DNA from: Octopus vulgaris
Taxonomy: Eukaryota
NCBI GenBank assembly: GCA_951406725.2
Contig: OX597825.1
Span: 26,784,001-26,848,000, forward strand
DNA length: 64,000 bases
Direction: 5' to 3'
Part shown: positions 41,691-55,989 of the stretch, in pieces
Layout: each line of letters opens with the position of its first letter
Numbering within the stretch: position 1 is the first letter of the stretch
The notes under the pieces: generated by a model
The model's input: only the letters and a program-made list of their open reading frames with translations
Told to the model about the DNA's origin: nothing
The model's database searches: none
Position numbers and translations under genes: made by a program

Positions 41691-42163
41691 ATCATGAATA
41701 AACTGATATCTCCCAGCCGTAATATTGTTGATATTTTTGATTCTTACAAATATTTCTGTTCTTGGATGGGGTGTTGGGATTTATATTACTTTTATGCAAA
41801 CTGTCAGATTTAGCTCGATCATACTGACACATACAAAAATACATAAATCTATCGTTATATATCTTTGTGTATATATGTATTATACATACCCACTATTTCT
41901 CTGCGCTGCAAGCTTCGAACTCAACCACTGCGTTGCACAGAGAAGTGTCTTGTTCAATAACTTAGGGCCACTCGAAGTTTCGTGAGTGAATTTGGTAAAT
42001 GGAAATTGAATAAAGTCAACATGAAGGAGTAAGTTTACACAGCTATTTAATTAGCACTACACAACGAATACTTAAGCTGAGACTTCGAATACAGCTAGCT
42101 ATTTGATAATTCTACGGGTGAACGAGCTCTATTTTGTACACTACTGCGTTCCTAAAGGAATGC

Positions 42164-42228
<65 letters not shown>

Positions 42229-42235
42229 AAAATAA

Positions 42236-42481
42236 ATGCGCGCTTGTAAAGCCTACCCAGGCTCATGGACCCGGTTTCCCGGTTTCTATGGCGTATGTGT
42301 TCCCCAGGTGGACGGGACGCCAGTTCATCGCAGCGATACTCATTTTTGCCAGCTGAGTGGACTGGAGCAACGTGAAATGAAGTGTTTTGCTCAAGAACAC
42401 AACGCATGGCCCTGTCTAGGTATCGAAACCACAATCTTACGATCATGATGCTGACATCCTAACCACTAACCCAGGCGCATC
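42236..42481 (-). mobile_element. SINE head C + tail T2, between (TA)n runs
   Basis: Head matches the 37630 copy; tail matches the 36772 copy. Confidence 0.88.
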
Positions 42482-42571
<90 letters not shown>

Positions 42572-42597
42572 TATATACATATATATATACATACATA

Positions 42598-42642
<45 letters not shown>

Positions 42643-43886
42643 CATACATATATACATATTTAATTACATGCGTATACGTATTAACTTTTCATATATAAAG
42701 TTTAATCGGGTTAATCTGAATCACTTTCTCCATATCAGTTCACCTCAATTTCTCTTGTAGCCGCTCCTTACCCTGAGGGCTTAGTCATAGATTAAGAATC
42801 CGGACTGTAGGTTAAAATCATTTTAGAACTTCTAAATTTGTTCCATATTGAGCATCTTTCGATGTCATCAGATAATAATATGTGTGTGTGTGTGTGTGCT
42901 TGCATGTATGCGTGTGTGCGCGTGTATGTATATGTGTGTGTATAAATAGATTGATCTATGGTTGGTAGATATACAAGTGTACACATGTTTCAATTATTTC
43001 TATGTTCCTATTTACGCGCATAAATCTCCTCTGTGAATCGATGATAAACACGATAAGAACAAGGCATAATATGCAGTAATACTGTTAAAGAGAATATATA
43101 TTGTTAAGGAATGCATTTGAAAACGGGTAATTTTTCCCTCGCATAGCATTATTCCTGTTCAAGAAAAACGGTACACTTTTCCTAACATGTTTTACGATGT
43201 AACCATATGACTCCTAATGTAGTCAATTCTAAATCACCTCCAATCAAAAGTAATCTTATTGGATTGTGGTATGAAATATAGAATTATTTTATACTATACT
43301 GCAATGTATTCTACTAAAGAAACTTGTCATTTTTCCTATGTATTTCCTTTCACAAGTTACTATCTGGACCGAACTCAATATTTTTGCACTTTTATCAAAA
43401 TTAATAGAAAAGCGCTTTAGATGAATTGTCATTTGCGTTTTCACATATAGTAAAGTATGTGAGACATAAATGACGTTACTAATGGATTACATTATGGAAA
43501 TAGCAGAATGACTTCGTGGAAAAATTATCGTTATTAACTCTGCTAAAACTCAGCTGACGAACGTAAGAGCTATACTTAAGATAATTGCTTTAAATTACTT
43601 GTAAATTAACGTTGATTATTGGTATATAGACAACATATTTACTTTAAGTAATTTTTTTCTCTGGCACATTTATTTATTAAACTGATCGATGTGTTGCTAT
43701 TCCCTGGATAAATTATGCCTGTGCTACAATGAAAAAAACTTATATAATAATTAAGGATATATTAGATATGTAACACATATAGTATATGTATGTAATACAC
43801 ATTATACACATGTTATACACACACATATATATATACACACACGTGTATATACATATATATATTATATATATAATATATACACACAC

Positions 43887-43934
<48 letters not shown>

Positions 43935-44047
43935 TAGATATAAAACCACTATTATGCAACTCAAACTGTGATAGACCTAAACTAAAACATAAATAAGAAA
44001 TATTATATATTTTAAAATTACTGGAGTTATTCTTGTTGCTTATTTTG

Positions 44048-44098
<51 letters not shown>

Positions 44099-45766
44099 GT
44101 GTTAGTTTTTAAGGGAATATCATGAATTTTGGGTACTAAACAAACAATTCTAAAGATAGATCTAGGGATTGACACAGGAGTGGAGTAATGGCCATGACGT
44201 AGATTAAAGTGGTAGTGAGAGATTTTAATATACGTGCACTTAAAACCGCGCTTTGAAATCATCAAAAGTTGAACACTTAACATGCATCTACTAAGGTATT
44301 AATTATTTTTATGAAGTTTGAGTGCGTTTCAAAGTCGGTGAAGTACAATTATTTATGATTATCTATTGATATTCATATTTGCACAAACATGCGATGTTTG
44401 TTTTACCATTTTACTGCGAAACTTATATTATGCAGCATTTGTGATCAGGATTGGAGATATCATTTGTCCGCACCTGGTCTTTCTCAATTTTTCATGATTG
44501 CATAACCATCAACGATCCTGACCTCCCGAGAAAATGTTTGCTTCACAGACTCACGTTATTTGGAGTATTTCCTTCTAATTCTCGGTATTGTAAGAAAATA
44601 CCACCCATTCCTTGTAAAGAAACTGTAGCGTATTCAATGAAAGTATGAGGAATTAGAAACCAGGAACAACGCCTTGAAATGTTTGCTCCGAATATGTCGT
44701 ACACGCATTGATAGTTGGAAAAAAGTTTGACAGTCAGAAAAATATAAAACATTCATCAGGATAGTTCAGTGGGATACAGTCAATAGTCTACATAAATCGG
44801 TTATGAAGCATGATCCACAAATTAGGTTACAGTTAACAATGCGTTAGAGGGATAGCATATCCTCACTGGTTATTTATGTTCGAGCCACGAAAGTATGAAT
44901 AATCTTCTATATCCGTATAAATTTGTATCTTTTTTGACCACGTGGTAAAAGTAAGTATCATCTTGTATTAGAAGAAACCAACATCGTTTACACATTTCAA
45001 TGATAGTCTACTGGACTATCTTTGATGTGGTATAAAGTTATTAGTCAACTAAAAGAAACTGAAATAATCTAGTACTCATGGTGGATTAAGATATTCAACT
45101 ACGGAGTTCAAACTAGCCATCTCATATAGAAGCATTGTAAGCGAAACTTAATAGTGACTTTATAAATACGAGTGCTCGGTTGAATTCAATAATACATGTA
45201 GCATCATTTCATCACAAAATGAAAAAAATTTAATTCCTTTAAGAAATTCATTTAAGTTGCAGCGTAGCAGAATTTGTAGAAGCGTAAAAGAGAATCCAAA
45301 GCAGTTACCCTGTCTAATTTATCAAATTCTAAGGAAAGTGAAGTGATTGCTTCAAAAGACGCTAAATATATAATAATAGATAAATAAATAATAATAATAA
45401 TTCACGCGCAGGTGATTAAATTTAACATATGGAGAAGTGTGAGCGGTAAAGAAAACAAGTGTGAAGCTGCAGACTTAGACGATACAATAGATTGAATTTT
45501 AAGCAAATATATTAACCCTACATTCGTTTAATTCCAAATATTACTTGCAAAATCAGGTAGACATTAAGGCTGCCAAATAGACGGTGTCTATAGTTTAAAC
45601 AGCTATTTTGTCACAATAACTTTCACCGACACGGTTTCAGCTATGGCGTAAATGCACACGATTGGAATAATTAAGAAACTTAGCATACTCACGCCATGCA
45701 CATGTCATGTACTTGTTCGCGCAACGAAACCATATTATATAACTTTTATACAGAGATCTCAGTAAA

Positions 45767-45779
45767 TCTATCTATCTAA

Positions 45780-45851
<72 letters not shown>

Positions 45852-45938
45852 ATGTCTATCTATCCATCTAGCTAACGATGTGTCTGTCTGTCTATCTGTC
45901 CCCCTCCATCCCTCTCTCTCTCTATATATATATGTATA

Positions 45939-45980
<42 letters not shown>

Positions 45981-46240
45981 TGCACACGCACACACACACA
46001 TATATATATATGCCCGTTTAGATTGATAGATTCTTATCTCTCTCTCCATATATATATACATATATATATATATATATGCACACGCACACACACACATATA
46101 TATATATGCCCGTTTAGATTGATATATTCTTATCTCTCTCTCCATATATATATATAATATATATATACATATATATATATTATAAGATTCTTATCTCTCT
46201 CTCCATATATATATATACATATATATATATACATATATGC
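45767..46240. repeat. (TATC)n followed by a ~95-bp tandem unit (2 copies plus a partial)
   Basis: tgcacacgcacacacac...tgcccgtttagattgata.attcttatctctctctccatata repeated at ~45981 and ~46077, partial at ~46186. Confidence 0.9.
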
Positions 46241-47045
46241 ATGTATGTATGTATAAGTATAAGTGAGTATATGTGTCCTAGTGTGTGTGTAAAGTACTAA
46301 TCTCTCACAGTGTTGTTTCTTACTGATACAGACAGTCTAATTCACTGCACCTGAAGTTTTTTTTTTCGAATTTCCATGGGAGGATATGTATTTTTGATAT
46401 AATACTTGCTGTTCTCTGCTAATTTAAAATCAACCTACCATGTATAATATGCAAGGGGAAAGCAGAACATTTTAGCACCTGCACCGGATAAGGCGTGAAG
46501 TAAACCATCCATGAACGGATGATAGCCCCAAATGCAAGTCATGTAGATCACCTCTAGAAGTCTGTCGAAAGATTAGCGTAGAAGAGGCAATCTAAGAAGA
46601 CAGGCATCATATACAATGAAGCATTGTAATGGAAACCGAAGCTGTATGATTAAAATATAGCTTTAAACTGCAATGTCAAGTTTGCCTTGATGCACTGGTC
46701 AAATGAAACGTAACAGAAATTTATATACATGTCACTAATATTGAGATGCCTGGAAAAATATGGGCGTTGGAAAATATGGAGAAATTATTAATACTAGTTG
46801 CATCTGCTGACATACCAGAATCATCTGAAGCCTATGAAATCGTGTCCAATTATAAGAAACCAAGAATAAATGTAAAAATCCAGTAATATTCTTTGTTCTC
46901 AAAGCGTTGTTGCAGAGATGTTTTAAAATTCACTAAACTAATACGAAAACCAACTTCGAAAGTTGAAATGAAATATGTTATTAACTTATAAACGCACGCG
47001 CGTATACATATTTAATTATCATTATATACCAATATATCAATATAT

Positions 47046-47099
<54 letters not shown>

Positions 47100-47101
<2 letters not shown>

Positions 47102-47350
47102 TTCTTTTACGTTTCAATTTATGTTTTTTTTTATTTTGCACATTACTTAATCATCGATTATTATTCTTATTTTATATTTAATATTTCTATTTTATGTAAT
47201 TTTCTAGATGGTGTAATTTAATTTTTCATTTTGAATTGATAAAAGCCGTTTTTTTTTCTAATTTATATATATATTATATTTTGAGAAATTTGATTTAGTA
47301 TTTCTAAATTGAATTTTTCCCTGTAAGTTGATATTCCCTCAAATTATTAT
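47100..47350 (+). mobile_element. AT-rich interspersed repeat between (TA)n runs, unclassified
   Basis: Reverse complement matches 52955-53160 (tgtaattttctagatg, ttgaattgataaaag, tatttctaaattgaatt, attccctcaaat). Confidence 0.7.
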
Positions 47351-47375
47351 TATTATATATATATATATATTATTA

Positions 47376-47436
<61 letters not shown>

Positions 47437-47849
47437 ATATAAACATGTGTGTGTGTGTATACACACATACACACATATACATATGCGTATGCTTATAATG
47501 CATAAACACATACATACACACACACACAAACGCACTCAGATATATGAAAGCATACCTCACACTACGTCATTAATTGGATTCATATAAAACGATGTAAGTC
47601 GAAATCAACATTATTTAAACGTATATGCATGTAATAATTAAAACCCCGGCTAACCTAGGTTGGTTTTTTGTTAGCCTACGAATTCGGTAAGTTGTTAAGC
47701 GAGCCAAGTATACTTTTATATTAGAAAGAAGTAAGTTCAAATAATTTACTGCTGTCTACCTGATGGCTGACATCGGTGTTATTCTTTGGGGCTGGTGTAA
47801 GAACAAGAAAAATCCTCTTGCATATTTTTCAACGTTAAACGACGGGTCT

Positions 47850-48570
47850 CGGGATGAGGTTTCTCTGCTGCATTTTTCTGTTGTTTATGAAGATCCATAA
47901 CTCTTCGTTTGTTGGGGGCTATTTGTCTTTCTTAAATATTTCATTAAAATCCTGTTCTTCCAACTCCATTTTCTGTTCATTGCTCAACTGCACCAACGTA
48001 TTACTCACTTCAAATGTGTCCAAGTCTTTACAGTCATTGACAAGTCGTGCGTACATCTTCTTCCACACACCATTCATAACCGTGCTCTTCATCAGCAGCG
48101 AGGTAGTGTTAGGAGGGAGGAAGGAAGGTTACGGTAACTTTGTGATGGTAATCTCCGTAGTTTTTCAGGTATCCAGGAGCGTTATCTAAGACAAACAGAA
48201 CTTTATAAGGAACCCTTTTAGCCATACAGTACTTTTGTACTTCAAGAACAAAAAGTTTGTAAAACAATATTTCAAAAATAATGAGGGTGAACCAAGCCTT
48301 TGAATTGTCCATCCATATTACAGGAAGAGATGCCTTGTGTATGTTCTTAAGAACTCGGGGCTTGAGCGCATAATACACAAGCAGCGATTTTAGCTTGCAA
48401 TTACCTGCACAATTGCCTCCCAACATTAACCAGGAATTATTTTCTCTTCTTTATATTATGAAAAAAAAATCTGGTAATTTCTTCTAGTAGGTATCGGTGT
48501 TATCAACATTGAATATTTGTTCCACTAGAAATCCATTATTTTCAATAATCTTAGCTAATGTAGGCGGAAA
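47850..48570 (-). mobile_element. Tigger/pogo (TIGD1-like) DDE transposase remnant
   Basis: EQIFNVD, then LGGNCAGNCKLK...PRVLKN...LPVIWMDNSKAWFT...KVLFVLDNAPG...FLPP. Confidence 0.88.
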
Positions 48571-49049
48571 TTAGTATATATGTATATATAAATGTTCGGG
48601 TTTATCTCGGGATACAGTAGAAACAACTGTAAGACTTTAAATTTTCCAATAACAACGTATATCATTTGAGATGCTTGTCTTTCCTTAGCGTGTATTGTCC
48701 TCTTTAACAGTTATATATCTGCTATATCGGAAATCAACAACGGTTCCAAAACTCTCGTCTCCGCTATGAAATTGAGGGGCCCTGCTAACTCCTTACACAA
48801 CGAGACCAAAATAGAATATGATATACATATATGAGGCAACGATAAGAGTTACATAAGAATTAATAACAATAAGCAGTTTTAGTGTGAATGGTCTACCAGG
48901 AGCCTATGGTAAAATTACAAGAAATGCGCCGGTTATAATGAATTTGATGTGTACCACTGTCTTTGAAATAACAGTTATTTGAGAAAATGTGCTAGCAATT
49001 GAGAGAAAAACTGTAAACTGAATGAGAGAGAAAGAGATATATGATGGAA

Positions 49050-49428
49050 GCACTCCGTTGGTTACGACGACGAGGGTTCCGGTTGATCCGATCAATGGAA
49101 CAGCCTGCTCGTGAAAATAACGTGTAAGTGGCTGAGCACTCCACAGACACATGTACCCTTAACGTAGTTCTCGGGGATATTCAGCGTGACACAGAGAGTG
49201 ACAAGGCCGGCCCTTTGAAATACAGGTATAACAGAAACAGGAAGTAAAAGTGAGAGAAAGTTGTGGTGAAAGAGTACAGCCGGGATCACCACCATCCCCT
49301 GCCGGAGCCTCGTGGAGCTTTAGGTGTTTTCGCTCAATAAACACACTCGCAACGCCCGGTCTGGGAATCGAAACCGCGATCCTACGACCGCGAGTCCGCT
49401 GCCCTAACCACTGGGACATTGCACGTCC
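49050..49428 (-). mobile_element. SINE head A + tail T1
   Basis: Colinear with 34418-34795. Confidence 0.92.
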
Positions 49429-49666
49429 ATATATATATATATACAGGGTTTGAGTGTCAGAGACATAGAAAGGAAAAGAGTCAGTGATGCACACAGTTCG
49501 AGTCTGTAATCTATAAACATTTCGCGAATGAAAGGATGTTATGTGTAGAAATCAGGAATTGGTGTAAGGCATACCGTTACAATAATATAGTGGTGGACAA
49601 ACATAGAGAGAGCAGGACAAGATCATATTAGGGTACACAGTTAGTGTTTGTATGTGTGGTAGGATG

Positions 49667-49796
49667 ATTGTTGGTTTGCGTATGCAGGTGCTTCTGTCAA
49701 GCTGAATATCCCCGAGAACTACGTTAAGGGTACACGTGTCTGTGGAGTGCTCAGCCACTTACACGTTAATTGTTGGTTTGCGTATGCAGGTGCTTC
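49667..49796 (+). other. 74-bp SINE-internal fragment flanked by an exact 28-bp direct repeat
   Basis: attgttggtttgcgtatgcaggtgcttc at 49667-49694 and 49769-49796; the insert is the reverse complement of ~49118-49191. Confidence 0.9.
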
Positions 49797-50226
49797 GATA
49801 TTTAAGCATGAGCAGATACCGGTGAGTGTAAAAGACAAATAATACACAACTATACATACATCCGTACAAACACAGGCATACATACAGACAGACAGACACA
49901 CACTCTATCTCAAACACATACATATAAACGCACGCACACACACATACACGTTTTTTTGCATCAATATTTAGCAGAAGTAACAGATTGACTCAAGAGCCGG
50001 GTATAACTTCCATTAGCATTAATGAAAGGGATATGTGCTAACATACGAAATTCTCCATCCTTGAGAGTCCGTCTGCTGCTTCTGTGAAATATTAATAAAC
50101 AGTTTGTTTTGCGTCATATTTTCTTCTTTGCACGTCTTATCTATGTGTGTGTTTTTGTGCGTGTGTGTATGTATGTACGTATATACACATACCACATGTG
50201 AATATGTATACACACACACATATAGG

Positions 50227-50689
<463 letters not shown>

Positions 50690-51251
50690 CATAAATACAT
50701 ATACATATGTTTGTGAGAGAGAATGAGTATGCTTGTATGTATACATACTTACAGGCATGTATACATATGCATGAATGTTAGTGCGTCCGAATAAGTGGGT
50801 GTGTTTCTGTAGAGCCAATCAGTGTGCAGGTGCGTTTACTGAGTGAAATAGAGAGAAAAAGAAATAATCCACCGTAAGAATTGTAGACGTTAATTATGCT
50901 TGAGGCATATTTGTTTTATTGGGTAAAACCAAGTTCATCATTTATATTACCTGTGGAAATTATTCTGTGCTATGGTAATTGAATTTATTTACAATTCACG
51001 ATCTTCATTTGAACATTAAAAGAAAAAACAAATGAAATATAAAGTTTGATAATCGTATGCTTTTCATTCTATTATACATTTCCATTTGCATTTTTACTCT
51101 TTCTTCAATTCACATATAAATCCAACATAGTTATTATGGTAATAATTGCTTATCATTTTCTTTTAGAGTCGAATGAATAAGAACGATTTGAGTACAGAGG
51201 TCGACATAAACTCCTTTCCCAAAATATCAGTCCCTGTACTTATATTAGGAA

Positions 51252-51252
<1 letters not shown>

Positions 51253-51337
<85 letters not shown>

Positions 51338-51400
51338 TTATTAATATTATTATTATTATCATTATTATTATCATTATTACTATCATTATTATTATCATTA
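51253..51400. repeat. (ATT)n microsatellite
   Basis: Directly visible. Confidence 0.96.
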
Positions 51401-51757
51401 TTGAGTGAGAGAGCAGTGCATGTCATCAAAGTGACACTGGGGTAAAATATACGAAGCCCAGTATACCAATCATGACTACCCGACAGATAAGGGTACACTA
51501 CGCACATGCATCACAACAATATGTGCGCGACATGGTGATCTCATATCAAAATAAACAGCGCATAAACTTGCAATTGGGGCCCAGTTAGAATTTCCTTCTG
51601 GTCGAGTAACCTATCCTGCTTAAAAGGTCCATGAATAAGCATTCTTAAGGGATGTTGAGAGAAACACCCATGTTTCCAGAGGTGAATTATTCAAACCCCA
51701 AATAATCCCGCTCAACACATGGCTATGATGCTCCCAACTACTTCTGCTCATGATCAT
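51401..51757 (-). mobile_element. Interspersed retroposon 3' end running into (TAA)n
   Basis: Minus strand ends ...catgcactgctctctcactc-AATAAT...; sharp GC contrast with the flanks; recalled as a common octopus repeat, single copy in this window. Confidence 0.6.
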
Positions 51758-51919
51758 TGACATATTTGCATTACAAATAAAGTCTAAATGGTAGCCAAAT
51801 TTAGTACTGAATCTTTTAATACCCCATAAGTCAAAATCTGCACCTCAGTTTTGGAATGCATAAGGAACATACGCACACATAAACACACACACACACACAC
51901 ACAAACTCTCTTTTACAGC

Positions 51920-51987
<68 letters not shown>

Positions 51988-52346
51988 TTACTGTGATCTT
52001 CATATCACAAGGAAAACAACACATGACGAATGACAATTATTCAATCCTTTTAGAAATATTATACGCCAATATATATTGATAGAAAAAGTGTGAAGGCAGC
52101 TAGCAATATCCTATTAAAAACATCTGTTTGAATGAAACTTTGCTTAGATTTTTATTATTTGGAATTTAAAGATTTGCTCTTCATGTCATCATAGCTTTAT
52201 ATGTTGGTTGGATATCTCTACAATTTACATATGGAAAAATATATGGCTTTATGTGTGTATGTTTCTGTGGGCATATATATATATATGTATGTTTGTGCAT
52301 TGTGTATGTGTGTGCGTGTGTATATTTTAATGTATGCATGTATGTT

Positions 52347-52386
<40 letters not shown>

Positions 52387-52460
52387 TATATATATATATC
52401 CATATACACATTATTTATATGTATACATACATAAACATGTATATATATATATATATATAC

Positions 52461-52504
<44 letters not shown>

Positions 52505-52529
52505 TCACATAGTCATCTTTCTTCTCTAT

Positions 52530-52950
52530 CAGGACTATCCTAAACACAAGACGTAGCCTATCACACTCTATCTTTTCTCTTGTGAAAGAAAATATTTCTC
52601 CACCGTTCGCAATTTTACCCTCGTACTGGTGTAACAACCATCCAAGTTTGTTTTGTGTTCGGTTTCTATGCATGACGCTAATGTCCTATTTTTGTTCTCA
52701 ACTTTGACTCTCCCTAAACCCAAATTTTATTCTGGTACTTATGCCAGCAACTGTCTTCGAAAATTCATTTTGTTGTACAATGCTGGAAATGAGTAGTATA
52801 TAGACATCCGACAGCTGATGAAAGGTCGTTCTTTATGTTTTCCAGTTATTTCTCTCTAGCCTATTCAACTAAGTTGTTTTTGTATTTGTATTTCATGTTG
52901 TTTACTGTTTGTAACGTCCTATACCCATATATGCATAAGTATATATATAT
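52530..52950 (+). mobile_element. Probable PLE 3'-end remnant ending in (TA)n
   Basis: Related to 16255-16385; contains gaaatgagtag...ccgacagCTGATGAaagg. Confidence 0.5.
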
Positions 52951-52954
52951 ATAT

Positions 52955-53160
52955 AATTATTATTTGAGGGAATAAAATCCAAACTTACAAGGAAAAAGAA
53001 TTCAATTTAGAAATACGAAATCAAATTCCACACAATACAATATATATAAAATATTAGAAAAAAATCCACCTTTTATCAATTCAAAATTACAACATCTAGA
53101 AAATTACATATAATAGAAAAGTGAAAATTAAAATTATAATTAAAAAGTTAATATTAAGTA
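52955..53160 (-). mobile_element. Second copy of the AT-rich TA-associated repeat
   Basis: See 47100-47350. Confidence 0.7.
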
Positions 53161-53257
53161 AATTACAAGAATAATATAATGTATATAATATGTATATATA
53201 TGTGTGTGTGTGTGTGTATATATATATATGTGTGTGTGCGTATGCGTGTGTGTGTGT

Positions 53258-53553
53258 GGAGGAGCAATGGCCCAGTGGTTAGAGCAGCTGACTCGCGGCC
53301 GTAGGATCGTGGTTTCGATTCCCAGACCGGTCGTTGTGAGTGTTTATTGAGCGAAAACAGCTACAGCTCCACGCGTTTCCGGCAGGGGGTGGCGATTCCT
53401 GCTATACTCTTTCGCCACAAATTTCTCTCAGTTTTCTGTTGGCCTGCTCGCGTAGCCAGCGGGGTTGCCTCACTTGATGGTTGAAACAATGCGAAGACCA
53501 TTGTGACCAGGGATGTATAGCAGCATATGATGACCTGGTCGGTCACGTTATCA
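53258..53553 (+). mobile_element. SINE head A + tail T3
   Basis: Colinear with the reverse complement of 50273-50580; followed by (TA)n. Confidence 0.9.
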
Positions 53554-53560
53554 GGATATA

Positions 53561-53599
<39 letters not shown>

Positions 53600-53699
53600 C
53601 ATACACATGTATACACATGGGCCATTGCTCCTCCACACACACACACACGCAATAACTCTCTCACACACATACATATATATATATATACTTATGAATATA

Positions 53700-54045
53700 T
53701 GGATATAGGACGTCACCAACGCGTACATACATTCATACTCTCTTATACACACACGCACCTTTGTGTTGGGGGCTCCTTCGTATTGGAAGTCACTTGACCC
53801 TGTTATCTCCCCTACTGTCTCCCTCGCGTCTTCCCATTCTGTCCGACGTCAGACGCCATGACATATCATTAGCTACTACACCCAGTTTTATCTCTCCTTG
53901 TTTTTTTCTGCGTATCTTTCTGTAGAAGAGTGTAGGCTCGAAACGTAAAAGACTTTTTTCTATTCCTGAGCGCTATACTAATACATTTATTTGTTTGTAC
54001 ACCACCTGCCTTCGTCTTTTGCTTATTTTCTTAAACTTTCCCTTT
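53700..54045 (+). mobile_element. Short PLE-type 3' end with a variant minimal hammerhead, ending in (TA)n
   Basis: TCTTT-CTGTAGA-agagt-gtag-gctc-GAAA-cgta-AAAGA at 53915-53952; downstream ttcctgagcg...aatac shared with 17195-17400. Confidence 0.6.
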
Positions 54046-54107
54046 ATATATATATATATATATATACACACACAAACACACACACATATATATATATATA
54101 TATACAA

Positions 54108-54142
<35 letters not shown>

Positions 54143-54187
54143 CACACACAAACACACACATATATATATATATATATATACACACAA

Positions 54188-54233
<46 letters not shown>

Positions 54234-54979
54234 CATTAGTCGCAGAGGTTGTATTATTAACAAAAAGTAATATATAATCCCCACTTATGAGTAGTGTTCT
54301 CTTAGAACTGGGCATATCGCGGTACATAGCATAAATCTCTATCACTATTTTTCGATGCTTTAATGCACTTAGATTTATAGCTCTACCGGGGAGATAAAAC
54401 ACCCGGCTCGTCCAACGCGAACATGTAACTTCCGCTCATGTTAGCTACCACATTACTTTGTATTTTGTATTGTAACAGAACATCCACATTTAAATGGTGA
54501 TATATATATATATATTTAGGTACACACATATATGCATGATAGTAATATATGTATGTGTGTATATATACATGTAATATATATATATATATATATATAATAT
54601 ATATATAGAGAGAGAAAGAAATATAAATAAATAGGCATATAGATAGAGAGCTAGATAGATGATTATACATACACTTCAATTACATATCAACAACGCATTG
54701 AGATATGTGTAGACGTTGAGCTTCAAGAATTTGTGCATATCATATGAAAGAAGCTTTGTGTAATTGCATTGCGAAGGTGAGAAAATAGGAAGTTTTCTTT
54801 ACTTATTTACATTGGATTTTTCTATGTGAATTTTCATTTCATAGTTCCTCACCCTTTGTATTTCTCCCTTTCGCCCTATGTATTTCTATGCATGCCTACG
54901 TTTATATACATACACTCATATACACACGCACATATATATAATATATATGCGTTTGTGTATCTATCTATCTATCTATCTG

Positions 54980-55046
<67 letters not shown>

Positions 55047-55074
55047 GTATACGCACACGCAAATGTATATATAC

Positions 55075-55140
<66 letters not shown>

Positions 55141-55794
55141 ACCCACATATAAACATAGATATGTGTGTGTATTTTGCTGAAACATAAAATACAGGAAAAG
55201 ATCAATGTAAAGAGTGATATATGATGAGAGAGAAGAGAATTGACTATAAAAACAAAGAAAATAAACTAACAGTCACTCACACAAAATATGTTGACAACCA
55301 AAAAAATATAACGTGATTAAATTGGCAGAGCCAAAAACACAATGAATATTATCTTGTTATCAATATTGAATACTACTCTGATTAGATCCGTCATTCATTC
55401 ATCTTTCTCCTAACGTGAATATTCAAATATTCATGATTTCTCAGCTGGAGGCATAATTGAAAATTCAATTGATCAATCAGGTAGAATTGTTGAAGTGTAT
55501 GTTTACTGTTTGTGTGGGTGGTGGATGTTTTATATTTAATTGTAATTATTTATGTTCTGTTGTTGTGAATAATATTCTTGATGGGGATTTTTCCTATCTT
55601 GCATTCAGTAAGATGTTTTGGACGTCATTGTGTGCAAGCCAAATAAAATACATCAAACATTATTAGGGATGCGTAGGAGTTTTAGATATTTGACTTATTT
55701 TGTAAGTATATTCGTAACTTTGTTACAATACATAGTATAATTCGAAGGCATCCTTGTTCATATTTTTATGTACATATAACTCGATGTATGAAAG

Positions 55795-55795
<1 letters not shown>

Positions 55796-55875
<80 letters not shown>

Positions 55876-55882
55876 TATAATC

Positions 55883-55929
<47 letters not shown>

Positions 55930-55938
55930 CATTATTAC

Positions 55939-55971
<33 letters not shown>

Positions 55972-55989
55972 CATCATTATTATTATTAT
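55796..55989. repeat. (ATT/ATC)n microsatellite
   Basis: Directly visible. Confidence 0.96.

Noticed and set aside
45980-46240. Repeat-spacer-like pattern
   Set aside because: Simple tandem duplication through microsatellites, with no unique spacers; not CRISPR-like.
52780-52835. Possible permuted (type II) hammerhead GAAA...CTGATGA (also 16340-16385 minus)
   Set aside because: Core words are present but stems I and III could not be paired convincingly; needs a family consensus.
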